The notes below the pieces were generated by a model. It was not told the origin of the DNA, made no database searches, and saw nothing but the letters and a program-made list of their open reading frames with translations. Below are positions 52,661-64,000 of a stretch of DNA of 64,000 nucleotides, in pieces. Numbering within the stretch: position 1 is the stretch's first letter; each line of letters starts with the position of its first letter. The stretch comes from Epithemia pelagica (Eukaryota > Protista > Bacillariophyta): assembly GCA_946965045.2 (NCBI GenBank), contig OX337239.1, positions 2,666,001 through 2,730,000 on the forward strand, written 5' to 3'. Made by a program: the position numbers and the translations under genes.

Positions 52661-55470
52661 TGAATAAAAACTGACGGCCAGACGCAATATACGGCTTGCA
52701 ACAATCAAACTATCAGAAATTATGGTAACTAAACTAGGGGTGCCCTTTGGGGGCAAATCGCTCACGTAGGGGCCAAACAGCGACCACGGTACCCACTAGC
52801 GAACACGCAACTAGGGGCCGGGCGATGCCAGGCAATGCGTAGCGAGGCATAGCGAGGCCCTTTGTAGGTTACAAAGGGGGCGCCCGTGATTATTTATTCA
52901 GTCCCCGCGAACAAAATCGGGGTGGGCAACTTCGTTTAGTTCGTCATGTCAGCAGAGGCCGGTCCAGTACGTCGGACTATTCTTCAAAAGGGGCGATCCC
53001 ATTTTGGATCTAAAAGGGGTGCTACCACATGATACGTTGGGCCAGGAATCGCAATCGAGGTCCGGGTAGCAGTTTGGTTAGGATATCGGCAAGATTCATT
53101 TCACCTTCTTCCCATGCAATGCGCACAAGTCCAGCAGCTTGCGCTTCACGAGTCCGATGATAAGCAATTGCGTTGTGCTTCTTCTTTAGGACTGATTCCG
53201 GCTGCGTCGAGTTCTTAAACACAGATTCACTGTCGCAAAACACATTCGTCTCTCCATCCAACGGGATACCCATCATTCGCAACTTATAACGAAATGCTTC
53301 AATCATTTCAATGGCAGTTTTCATTGCCACGAACTCACTGCCAAATGTAGACGTCTCAACAGTGTTTTGTCGTTTTGAATACCACATGATCGGTGCTCGT
53401 TGCAAGAACAGTAGGACTCCTGTTTGAGAGCGCCGTGTGACACGACATCCAGCATGATCAGCATCGACAAAGCAAGTCGTGGTGACAGCGTTTCCACGCG
53501 GTGCTGGTGCGTTTGGCGGAATCGGCTCGGCAGCATCAGGATAATACTCAGACCAATCCGGTCGGGTAAAACGTGACTCGTCGAAGTCAGGGGTTGTGTC
53601 GTCGAACACAATGGCGGATTTATCGTACTTCTTCAGATACGCGAAGATGTGCAACGTTTGCTCGAGATGTCCTTCTCGTGGATTCGCCATAAAACGGGAC
53701 ATATGGGAGACTGCGGTTGTAATATCGATACGACCGAATTCAACAATCCAACGGAGAATACCGATTAGTCCTTGGTAATAGTTTGCACGTCTTGCGTGGA
53801 GTTCAGGAGTCGCATCCAATTCCGGGCGATATCCATCGGCGATCGGCGTCGTCACTTTTGACTTCAGCTTTTCTCCGGATTTCTCCACTTCCGTTTCGAC
53901 TTCGGCAAGAGCACGCTTACAATACTTGTCAGCGGACATGGCCCAACGATCACGGTTCGACGGATCTTGCGTGTCGGGTATGGTATAACGCCGAATTTCG
54001 GATCCCAAGTATTCGTCTGGCGGTTTGATACTGTCGGGCTTGATCGTATAGCGCCTCTGCAGGTCCTGCATCACGGTTTTGGGATCATGACTAACAATCA
54101 GCAGATCATCAATATAGACCAAAACATACTCGTAATACTGGAACCCATCAGATGGTCGAGTGTTCGCTCGAAGCCATACATCAGGATCAGCTTGACACAT
54201 CTTAAATCCCATATCGCGGAGCGTTGCGGCGATGTGATCACGCCACCTTGCGGCAGAACTTTTGAGACCATATAATGCACGCACTATCAGTGCAGGTTGT
54301 CCAACCTTATCTGGTCCAAATTCGAGTCCCGCGGTGGTAGAGGTCTTCTCTTTAGTCGGTGCGTTTAGATATGCGTTTTGCACGTACCCGACGAGAACAT
54401 CTAGACCATTTAGTACAGCGATAGTAAAAGCAATGCGTACGCTATCGCGGGATACCACACTAGAATAGGTCGATTCTTTGGGTGGATCAGTTTTGTGGCC
54501 TCCGGCCACTAACCGTGCTTTTTGTCGCAGGTCTGATTTGATATCAAAAACCATATGACAGGGAATATGCTTGTATCCAGAAGGCACTTCGCCATCAGCT
54601 GGAAATTCGAAAGCAATGCCAACGTTCTTCATTTCTTTCTCAATAGCCTTGCGCCAGAAGTCAGTCCCCGTCCGGCGGTCAATCGCCAGGGCCTCTTCTA
54701 CAGAGTGGGGCAGCTCAATGCCATACTTGTGCGTTCGCTTCCAATAACGTGACTTTACCTTTCTGATAATGCGGTCTCGTTTGCGAAGTGCACGTGGCAC
54801 CCACCATGCGAACGCAGGCTCTTTTGCGATGCCAGTGGATACTGCGTATTCGGCGGCTTCAATCATATTTCCATTCTTGACGTCTTTAAGCGGCAGCCAA
54901 ACAGTCGATTGATCGGACAGTTCACATTGCAATTCCCAGCCTTTCGTTGTGTGGTGTGATGTGCCGTCAAGGAACGATGCGTCTGTTCGCTTAACTGCGG
55001 TCTCATCATTGCGGTGACCCACAATGGCTTTCAATGTGTTGAACGCATTGCCCTCCGGGTCAACTAAGTCACAAATTAGCGAGTGGGTCCCACAGTGACA
55101 AAAACAAGTCACAGAGATGACTCAAGCGAGCGAGTGACGAAGCCGCTTAGCGCGAACACCTCTCGAGTTTTGATCAGGCGCTTGCCGTCCGTCGAACAGT
55201 GGGGAATAACAGACGATGGGTCTGATAAACTGAATAAAAACTGACGGCCAGACGCAATATACGGCTTGCAACAATCAAACTATCAGAAATTATGGTAACT
55301 AAACTAGGGGTGCCCTTTGGGGGCAAATCGCTCACGTAGGGGCCAAACAGCGACCACGGTACCCACTAGCGAACACGCAACTAGGGGCCGGGCGATGCCA
55401 GGCGATGCGTAGCGAGGCATAGCGAGGCCCTTCGTAGGTTACAAAGGGGGCGCCCGTGATTATTTATTCA
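52661..55470 (-). mobile_element. Internally deleted CoDi derivative (LTR-PBS-leader fused to RT/RNase H-LTR)
   Basis: LTRs at 52661-52900 and 55231-55470. At about 55063/55064 the pol sequence (GGGTCAACT) joins the 5' leader (AAGTCACAAATT), removing gag, PR and the IN core. No TSD. Confidence 0.92.
53022..55063 (-). CDS. Uninterrupted chromo-like + RT + RNase H ORF of the deleted derivative
   Basis: The frame is open through YIDD and the RNase H motifs to RIMW-stop. The annotated start (55112) is a GTG in the leader. Confidence 0.7.
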
Positions 55471-56819
55471 CAAAATCGGGGTGGATCACTTCGTTTAGTT
55501 CGTCATGTCAGCAGAAGCGGACTATTATGAAAAGGGGCGATCCCATTTTGGATCTGAAAAGGGGTTGCTACCACATGATACGTTGGGCTAAGAACCGTTG
55601 CCGTGGTCCGAGTAGCAATTTGGTTAGGATATCGGCAAGATTCGTTTCACCTTGCCAGCAGCTTTTGCTTCACAAGTCCGATGATAAGCAATTGCGTTGT
55701 GCTTCTTCTTTAGGACTGATTCCGGCTGCGTCAAGTTCTTAAACACAGATTCATTGTCACAAAACACATTCGTCTCTTCATCCAACGGGATACCCATCAT
55801 TCGCGACTTATAACGAAATGCTTCAATCATTTCAATGGCAGTTTTCATTGCCACGAACTCACTGCCAAATGTAGACGTCTCAACAGTGTTTTGTCGTTTT
55901 GAATACCACATGATCGGTGCTCGTTGCAAGAACAGTAGGACTCCTGTTTGAGAGCGCCGTGTGACACGACATCCAGCATGATCAGCATCGACAAAGCAAG
56001 TCGTGGTGACAGCGTTTCCACGCGGTGCTGGTGCGTTTGGCGGAATCGGCTCGGCAGCATCAGGATAATACTCAGACCAATCCGGTCGGGTAAAACGTGA
56101 CTCGTCGAAGTCAGGGGTTGTGTTGTCGAACACAATGGCGGATTTATCGTACTTCTTCAGATACGCGAAGATGTGCAACGTTTGCTCGAGATGTCCTTCT
56201 CGTGGATTCGCCATAAAACGGGACATATGGGAGACTGCGGTTGTAATATCGATACGACCGAGTTCAACAATCCAACGGAGAATACCGATTAGTCCTTGGT
56301 AATAGTTCGCACGTCTTGCGTGGAGTTCAGGAGTCGCATCCAATTCCGGGCGATATCCATCGGCGATCGGCGTCGTCACTTTTGACTTCAGCTTTTCTCC
56401 GGATTTCTCCACTTCCGTTTCGACTTCGGCAAGAGCACGCTTACAATACTTGTCAGCGGACATGGCCCAACGATCACGGTTCGACGGATCTTGCGTGTCG
56501 GGTATGGTATAACGCCGAATTTCGGATCCCAAGTATTCGTCTGGCGGTTTGATACTGTCGGGCTTGATCGTATAGCGCCTCTGCAGGTCCTGCATCACGG
56601 TTTTGGGATCATGACTAACAATCAGCAGATCATCAATATAGACCTAAACATACTCGTAATACTGGAACCCATCAGATGGTCGAGTGTTTGCTCGAAGCCA
56701 TACATCAGGATCAGCTTGACACATCTTAAATCCCATATCGCGGAGCGTTGCAGCGATGTGATCACGCCACCTTGCGGCAGAACTTTTGAGACCATATAGT
56801 GCGCGCACTATCAGTGCAG
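55471..56819 (-). mobile_element. Third, truncated CoDi unit sharing LTR 55231-55470 in tandem
   Basis: RNase H/RT sequence follows the LTR directly (the 11-nt PPT-side GTCCCCGCGAA is missing). Homology ends abruptly at 56819. Confidence 0.88.
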
Positions 56820-56851
56820 CATCTAAGGGCGTCATTATTCGCAACTCAATG

Positions 56852-56973
56852 ATCGAAAGTCGGCGCGGTGTCATGCACCCCCAAGGTGCATGCAGCTCCT
56901 ACATTATCTAGATAAAATTTGCACAGCAAATATCGAAAGTCGGCGGGGGGTCATGTACCTTCTAGGTGCATGC
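56852..56973. repeat. Two 42-bp imperfect direct repeats (ATCGAAAGTCGGCG...GGTGCATGC), period 80, near the probable end of the next element
   Basis: 56852-56893 versus 56932-56973. Confidence 0.75.
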
Positions 56974-57186
56974 GCCCAGTGCATTATCTACAATTCATGC
57001 GCGCATGACACATCGAAATCATGCGCATGAGTGTCCGACTCAGGTGCCCCCCAAGATGCACATTACCAACATCCAATCATGCACACATGGTAATCAGTGT
57101 CACGCACATACACCACATTTTGCAAATCGTGCATTACATTCACTAGTATTTTTCGAAGTACTGTTTCAATCATTTGCTTCATGAGT

Positions 57187-59305
57187 CTAGTCTATTTCAT
57201 ATGCCTCTTTCGCGGCTTTCTTGGACAGAAGGTTCAACCTTGAACGATAAGATCTACACAAAAACTCCATGAACTTGTCACTCCGATCTCCAGCTCTTTC
57301 GACCTTTAGTATCTTCTCCTCCACATTCTCAAAATAATCAAGTCCTTCCTCAGACATTCCTCTCGACGAGTTCAAACCACCAGAGTAAACATGTTGTGCC
57401 ACAAATGTTGTATCAATCTGAGTATCAATATCATGTTCATCATACCAGATTCCTCTACTGGATTCCCAGAGTTTTCTCTAGAACTCTTTCCTCGCCTTCT
57501 TAACCCATACATCCCAACAGTCTTTCAGTATTGTTAAGATGAATGCCTCATCATTGACAGTGAACCTGGTCATTGCCTCTTGCCAGCGTTCTTTCTTCTT
57601 GATCTCCGGAGCCGTGTCAAGGAGATTGTAGTCTACAACATCCTTGAATATAATTTCACCATACACAGCAGCACCAAACACCTCGACCAGGAAAACATAT
57701 GCCGCATTATTGCATCCAGGACCTCTCAATTGAGCCATGTCAGCAAGCGAAGGCATAGGCCCGAAGCCTTTGTTATCATTCAACAAGTTAGGAAACGCCT
57801 GTCGGAGAATCCCACCGTCATGATTGCGCCAGAGGTCAAGAAAAATATGCTCTAACAACGGCAAGCAACATAATGTTTCAGTGTCGAGAGATGGAATTCA
57901 TTAATCACAAGTTGGATAGAGCAACTTACTCCGGAACTTTCTGTACATGGCAGCAAGAATATTTGACCGCTTTTGTCTGAAGCGATCTGCCATGTAAGGC
58001 GAATGAGTTAACCACCAGTTCTCACGATCTTCATCAGACATGATCTTTTTCGGGACAAAATATTTGTTTGTGAAATATTCCTTTCCCAACGTCGTCCATA
58101 GGTTTCCTGTTACTGGACAGTCATCTTCTTTAGAAAAGTACTTGATAAATCACCACGCATGGTCGTTCACAAATTCAATAAAAATCGGATCGGAACATGC
58201 CTCTGGCATCTTTTTGTACTTGGTTGAGCTCGACACAACAGTAGCCGGTGCAGTAGCAGCCATTGTATTACCACCATTGGAAGTGTTAGGCTGTGATCCT
58301 CCCGTTGTCGTGTCAGATTCTTGTGAAGGCTGATGATGCTGTTCCTCGTTCATGAACGCTTGATTCATGATTTCATGGTCATCTGCTGTTCCTGCTGCAA
58401 TAGTAGATGACATGTCCGAAATTGAAGAAACGTCAGTAGCCATACAATCAGCTATTGTAACCATCCCATGAGTACCCATATTAGAGTCGTCCTCCATTGG
58501 TACATGTTCAAACTTTTTGTTGCATTTTTGTGAACTTACTAAGCAGAGATCCAACCGGAAAATGGGATTCATTGCGATCAAAACCGAATTCGTTCTGGTG
58601 TCCATTTACACTTCCAGTGGCATATGGAGTGCTGATGTTTTGAAGTGCCCTATCCCTTTCCGTCCCAGTCAAGACATTCAATCCTGCATCATTGTTTGCA
58701 TTATCCTCATCCGATGGTTGTGTTCGCAGAGCTTCCTCAGTCCTGTTGTTGTTAGAGTTACAATTTGATTCTCTTTCAGACGTCGTCGTCTCAATCAATA
58801 AATTACCACTTCCTTCGGAATTGACGTTCATCTGTTCGTCTGTGTTTTCGTCGTTGCATTGGCCCGACAGTTAACCTTCCACGGGGACACTCGCACCAAA
58901 AATGTTACCTACTTCCTCATCATCGTCCGATTCGAGGACATCGCTTGATCTTTTCCGTCCACTTGTCTTTGCTCGCTGTTCTTCCCCCCGTTGATTCGAA
59001 GTTTTCCTTTGGTTCTCGTTCTCTTTATTTCGTTCCTTGTTTTGACGATTAATCTCCTTCAGCTTTTGTCGTCTGGCCTGTTTGGCTTTGTAGTGGATAT
59101 TCCTTTCCGAAGGTGCTAATCTCTGTCCTGGTTGTGTTGTCCCTCTCGTACCTGTCATCTTTCGAATTTGTGAAAAAAGTATGTTATGAAGTATACTGAG
59201 AATGATTCTCAAACAAATTAACACGAGAAAAACGCATTCGTGGGTAATACTCATCTCAAATTCAAACCATCCAAACCGATAACGACACCTGTGTTGTCCA
59301 AACAA
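57187..59305 (-). pseudogene. Fragmented accessory gene(s) of the Plavaka-like element
   Basis: A chain of minus-strand ORF pieces (58871-59305, 58508-58831, 57901-58089, 57478-57864, 57187-57402). The motif FTVNDEAFILTILKDCWDVW is of a type I recall from transposon-associated hypothetical proteins. Confidence 0.4.
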
Positions 59306-59614
59306 ATAATCGATCGATCGATCATTGGCTTTTGTTTAGGAAAAGGCGCTATTTCGACGGACTCGGTACGACAACCAAATTCAAACCATACAGTTCCAAC
59401 TGTTGGTAAGGGGACGCGCGCATACAACAACATGGCATGCTCGATACTTTGAAACAAGGACGAAGCCCGGCTCGGTAATTGGTCGCAGATACGCCAGCCG
59501 AGTCGTGTTCTGGGTAGAATTAGACGTCGTCACAAGATTGAGACATGTCATTGAGATTTGCATTCTTTATTTTCGACGAGAGTGCATGTTACTTGTCATT
59601 TTGTATTCGTTGCC

Positions 59615-62600
59615 ATGGGTCGAGTGAGAACAATACGAAAAAGATCAGCTTTCGATCCAAAAAACGATTCAACTGATAGAACAAACAGAGTCTTCCCACG
59701 ATCACACCAGGAACACGAAACTCGGGTTTGTCGCTATTGTCAACGACCATTTGATTTGAGAGGCATCACTCGACATGAGAAGTCCTGTTCTGTAGATCAA
59801 CGTGTCCCTCAGCAGTGTATACCAATAACGATTGCCAATCAAGAAAACGACAGTGATATGGATATTGATTCTTTGGCAGGTGCAATGGATTACTTTTTGG
59901 ACGAGGAGGACGAAGAAGAGGAGAATATACAAACATACACCGAACCATATTACGTTCCTGGTGAGACACAAAAGAAAATTGATCGAAACTCCAAAGAATG
60001 CCCTCTGGACTTTCCAAAATTCCTTGTCGGGGCTAGTGACATGAACCTGGATGATGATGAAGCAGCCCTTATGTCTCTGATGATCATCCTTTGCCAGGCA
60101 GGGTGTCCCAAGTACTTGTTCAACTCGATTCTTGCTTGGACTAGAGACACGTATTCGAGGTGTTGTTCCTCGTTCTTTGAACAGAACCATCGCACAAGAA
60201 ATTCATTTATCAAGCGATTCACTAAAAAGGGGTTCGTTTTCCCGAAACCAACTGTACAACCTGTTGCCCTGGAATATACAAAGAAACGTGGTATTGTGGT
60301 TCCTGAAAGCGAAAAGACTATCAATACTGTTGTCTTTGATTTCATCAGTCAATTACAGAGAGTCGTACAAGACGAAAAAGCAACACGACAAGAGAATACT
60401 ATCCTCGCCAAAGAGGATCCATACAAACCATATACTCCCAACCACAAGATCCAAAATATAGAGGACGGAGATGTTTTCCGTAGGACCGTTCATGAATACA
60501 AAGATGATCTGGATGCATTTGTTGTAGGGTTGATATTTTATATGGACAAAACTCATGCAACTGGTGACGGGAGATTCACGGCCGAAACGGTGGTAATGGT
60601 ACCATCTTTCTTCAAGGAAGGAGAGATGAGGAAACCTCAACGTCAAATAATCCTCGGGATGATTACAGATATGGAAAGGAAGTCGTCTGCAGCCAAATAC
60701 ATTCTTGATAAAGGATCTCCTTGCCGGAATTATCATGCTCAGCTTTCTGTAATATTACAAGCGCTTACATCGATCAGTGAACGTGGAGGATTGTGGATGA
60801 AATAACGACTCCATGGGATTGTTAAAGTCGTTCGTTTGATCTTGCCAATGATAGTATTGAAAGGAGATGGGAAATCAAAGGATAACCTTGTTGGTCGGTA
60901 CGCGTCTCATCACAAGAATGTGGGACGGCTATCTTGGTGTTGTGATATTAAACCCAAAGATGCAAGGTATCCATGGCATGAGTGTCGATATATAGAAACA
61001 AGCAAGGTTCATTCGTGGAGTTTACAGGCTCTTGGGCTCAATCGATATGGAGAACCACTTCGTGAACAGGAATTGACTTGGAGAAATGACCAGGACAATA
61101 CGTCTGTATTGACTGGTCCTGGTGCTCGGGATGATGAAATTGATGATGACTACACCCTTTAAGGTGATGCACTACACACCGTTGAATCAGTTATGGCAGC
61201 CGCTGCTACGAAGCTGCATGGTATCAGACAGTATGCTGTGGATAGCTCGTTCGCACATATTTACATGGGCGAGGGTATGAATAAAGAACATGGAACATTC
61301 TCCGCCACTTGTTGTGATATCCTCCATACTTTGAAATTGATTTCTTTGCCTTGATGACCAAAACCGAACGAGCGATGTTTGACTATCTTCGCAAAAAATA
61401 TGATGACAAAATGGGAAAAGGTTGTCAATGAATGGAAGACACGTCAGCAAGAGGCTAATCAGTCCGAAAACCAGACTAGTCATACTGAACCAACACATTC
61501 TTCAACACAGGAAACAACATCAGATGAGCCGCCTCAAGATAATGAATATGATCGAGATGGAAATGATGATGATAGTGTTGATGCAGAAATTACAGCGGAG
61601 ACAGTCTTTGAAGATGATCCAGTTGCCTACGCATCGGTGTGGGATGTTGGTGATCGGGAGCCATACATCGACTTCCTATTTCTATTTGAAACACTGTTGT
61701 GTTTCAATAGCTGGGTTCGAGTGGTCTCTTTCTGGGAAAGTAATCCCGAATCTCCTGAAGCAAAAGCTACCTCGACAGCCTCCCTCGAATCCGTCCGTAT
61801 CATGATGGATGGTATTAGAAGATACGCACCAAGGCTAGATAAAAAGGGAAAGTTGATGACCAACGGCTGGATGATACCCAAGTTCCATAACCTGGTACAT
61901 ATTGTGTAACAGATTCAAAATTTTGGACCCGCAAGACTTCTTGATGTTGAATCTGAAGAAAGTAACCACAAGGAAATAGTCAAATTAAATGCCAGAACTT
62001 GCCAAAAACGTGGAAATAAGAAATTCGACGCCCAGCTAGCAGAGAACATTTGGTGGATGCAGAGCTTGGATCTGCCTCGAGAGTTGGCTGGTATTCCAGA
62101 GGATCGTATTGCACAACTCAAAGAGGGCAAGTCTCCATATGCTTTAGAACAACACCAGAGGACACAGACTGTCGACCGATCTGAGGAAGGCCCGCTTGGG
62201 ATCAAAATGAACGGGACTTCCGTATATATCAATCTACACAAGTCGTATCAGTTGCTCTCGACTGATGAGGAACATACAGAAACAGATGGCACGTCAGACA
62301 CAAACCATTTACCATTTCCTCTGGGCGTTATGGTAGAGGTTCCCGGTGGTAACAACCAAAGAAAACGACATCGAACAGCAGGTCCATCGACCCCATCAGT
62401 TGGTGACGATAGCCTTGGACAACGTCGATACACTGAAGTAGTCCAGGTTATCGTGAAGTATAAATCAAAGACGAATCATGGTATGACATTACCTGGATTT
62501 TGTCTCCACTTTTTCAAGATCCATCATCAACGTTTCTATATGCACATGCACAGTGACCAACAGGGCACTAACCAACTTAGAACAACAGAAAATCCATATG

Positions 62601-63241
62601 TATTGTTGACTGGATGCACAGAAATAAAGATCAACGATCCACCCTTTGGGACTATCCGGACACATCCCAACTAACAAAGTGAAGGCCCATGGCGGGATTG
62701 GGTCATGGCCAAGGTACCTCGTAATAAACGGAAACCTTTGGACGAGATTTACAATCTTCCTTTGGGAGACATGGATACCCTACTGTGTCAGACTATATGC
62801 TTTCTTTGTATTCCCTTCGCACAACAGACAGGAGATACATATCAACCAGAGAGTACCGATCATACAGCAACTCATGTTCTGCTTCGAACAACATATGTTC
62901 AGTCCCAAACAGACCTGAAAAAAGCTTCTGTTCTTTTCAACAGATGGAGAAAACGTTTCGACATGGAGAGAATAGCCGAAGTCGTTATGGTTCCAGTCCA
63001 GAATATCATACGACTAGTTGGTGTTGTCGACGAGAACCCAGAAATGATTGAAGAACGAGATGCAGTCCCTCAATTTCTTCATTCTTCAACAGAATGTGAG
63101 CTATTGCAAGAAGATAACCGTAATTGAGAGAATTTCTCAGATATTGTTTGGGCTGTTCGTGATATAAAAGAATGGGCAGTGGAATTCAATAAATCTGCTA
63201 CTCCAAAATTGAAAGACAGGTATAAGGATCAACAGTCCTGA
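59615..63241 (+). pseudogene. Plavaka/CMC(EnSpm)-like transposase with N-terminal C2H2-like finger, multiple nonsense codons
   Basis: CRYC...RHEKSC; IFYMDKTH; NYHAQLSVIL; KGDGKSKDNLVGRY; PKFHNLVH...FGP...D...ESNHK. ORFs 59558, 60836, 61379, 62057 and 62705 are all in one frame. Stops at 60803, 61160, 61352/61355, 61907, 62672 and 63125. The right terminus was not found in the window. Confidence 0.65.
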
Positions 63242-64000
63242 GGGATCACGTGAAGATCTCGATTGGTAGAGGGACGCGTTGGTCCATGCTCGCCCCACTT
63301 GTAACGCCAGACGACCTTTTCATGTTGTATTTATCTCTTGTCACTCATTTTTTCTAAAGAAGTAGAATCTTTCACACTCCGATTAACTCGATACTCGAAA
63401 CAAGTCATATATTCTGCTCTTGTTGAATATCATGGTTGTAAATCCGTACATCTCCCAAAAGAAGTCTAAGCCAATTGGTAGTAGCAAGGCCGGAAACGAA
63501 AGTCAAGTTCTTCTCATTGATAGTACAAACCAGAAATCAAAAGAGAACAGCAAACGGCCTCTATGTGAACACCACCCGATAAATCCATATACAGCCAAGA
63601 AAGTAAAAGACGAACCGTCACACGATCCCTCCAAGTCCAAACCAGACGATGCCACTGCTAACAACACAAATTCTGGTCTCTCAACATTTGTTCAAATGAT
63701 CGAAAACCAAGAAGAAGCAACCACAAGTACACACAAACTGCCGTCACCATTCCAAACTGCTTTAACAGCAACTAAGGAAACCGTAGGTGTGAACATAAAA
63801 CCGATGAATACGACAGAGAAAGCTGAGGAGTCCAAGAGGTCTAGCATCACCAACCCATACAACAAGAAGATAACAAACCCATACAAAACGAATCCGAAAA
63901 TAAACACCAATCATGGAAAGAAAATCCCAGTACTATGTGATTCACCACCGATGTACAAGCCTCGACCAAATCGCGAGAAACTCCACCCTGAGGTTGTTCA

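Noticed and set aside
55050-55075. The internal deletion as a reverse-transcribed spliced RNA
   Set aside because: The removed segment would begin GC and end CA on the sense strand, which is not a GT-AG intron.
38894-63241. Reassigned genetic code (TAA/TAG = Gln) explaining the in-frame stops
   Set aside because: Intact genes in the window end normally at TAA or TAG (GT47, copia pol, SET-2OG), so the stops are better explained as mutations.
1-64000. tRNA, rRNA or other structured ncRNA genes
   Set aside because: None was recognisable by eye; only PBS-type tRNA complementarity was seen. A covariance-model scan was not possible.

Overview
Eukaryotic nuclear DNA, most likely from a diatom (inferred from CoDi-like Ty1/copia elements and the style of the host genes). 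It is a dense nest of transposable elements with few host genes: an intact exostosin/GT47-like gene, a host ORF split by a copia insertion, and a decayed fragment resembling a HECT ligase N-terminus. Elements with both ends and a target-site duplication (TSD) readable in the sequence: (1) a young intact copia, 356-7151; (2) a 9.7-kb IS630/Tc1/mariner-type DNA transposon, 8225-17948 (34-bp TIRs, TA TSD); (3) a 7.1-kb hAT, 19959-27021 (16-bp TIRs, 8-bp TSD); (4) a CoDi-like copia, 33737-46929, inserted with a 4-bp TSD into an older copia; (5) a 5.8-kb Ginger/GingerRoot-like integrase DNA transposon, 35085-40919 (TGT...ACA ends, GATC TSD), nested in element 4. Also present are a LINE fragment, further copia debris, an internally deleted tandem copia, an (AAG)62 tract and a degenerate Plavaka/CMC-like transposase. 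Main observation: each of the three fully delimited DNA transposons, from three different superfamilies, carries a putative chromatin- or DNA-modifying enzyme inside its TIRs. The mariner-like element has a SET + 2OG-Fe(II) dioxygenase fusion, the hAT has an Nth-like HhH-GPD glycosylase, and the Ginger-like element has a TET/JBP-like dioxygenase. Repeat copies in the window diverge mainly by CpG transitions, consistent with host 5mC silencing. All protein assignments come from motifs read by eye; no database search was run.
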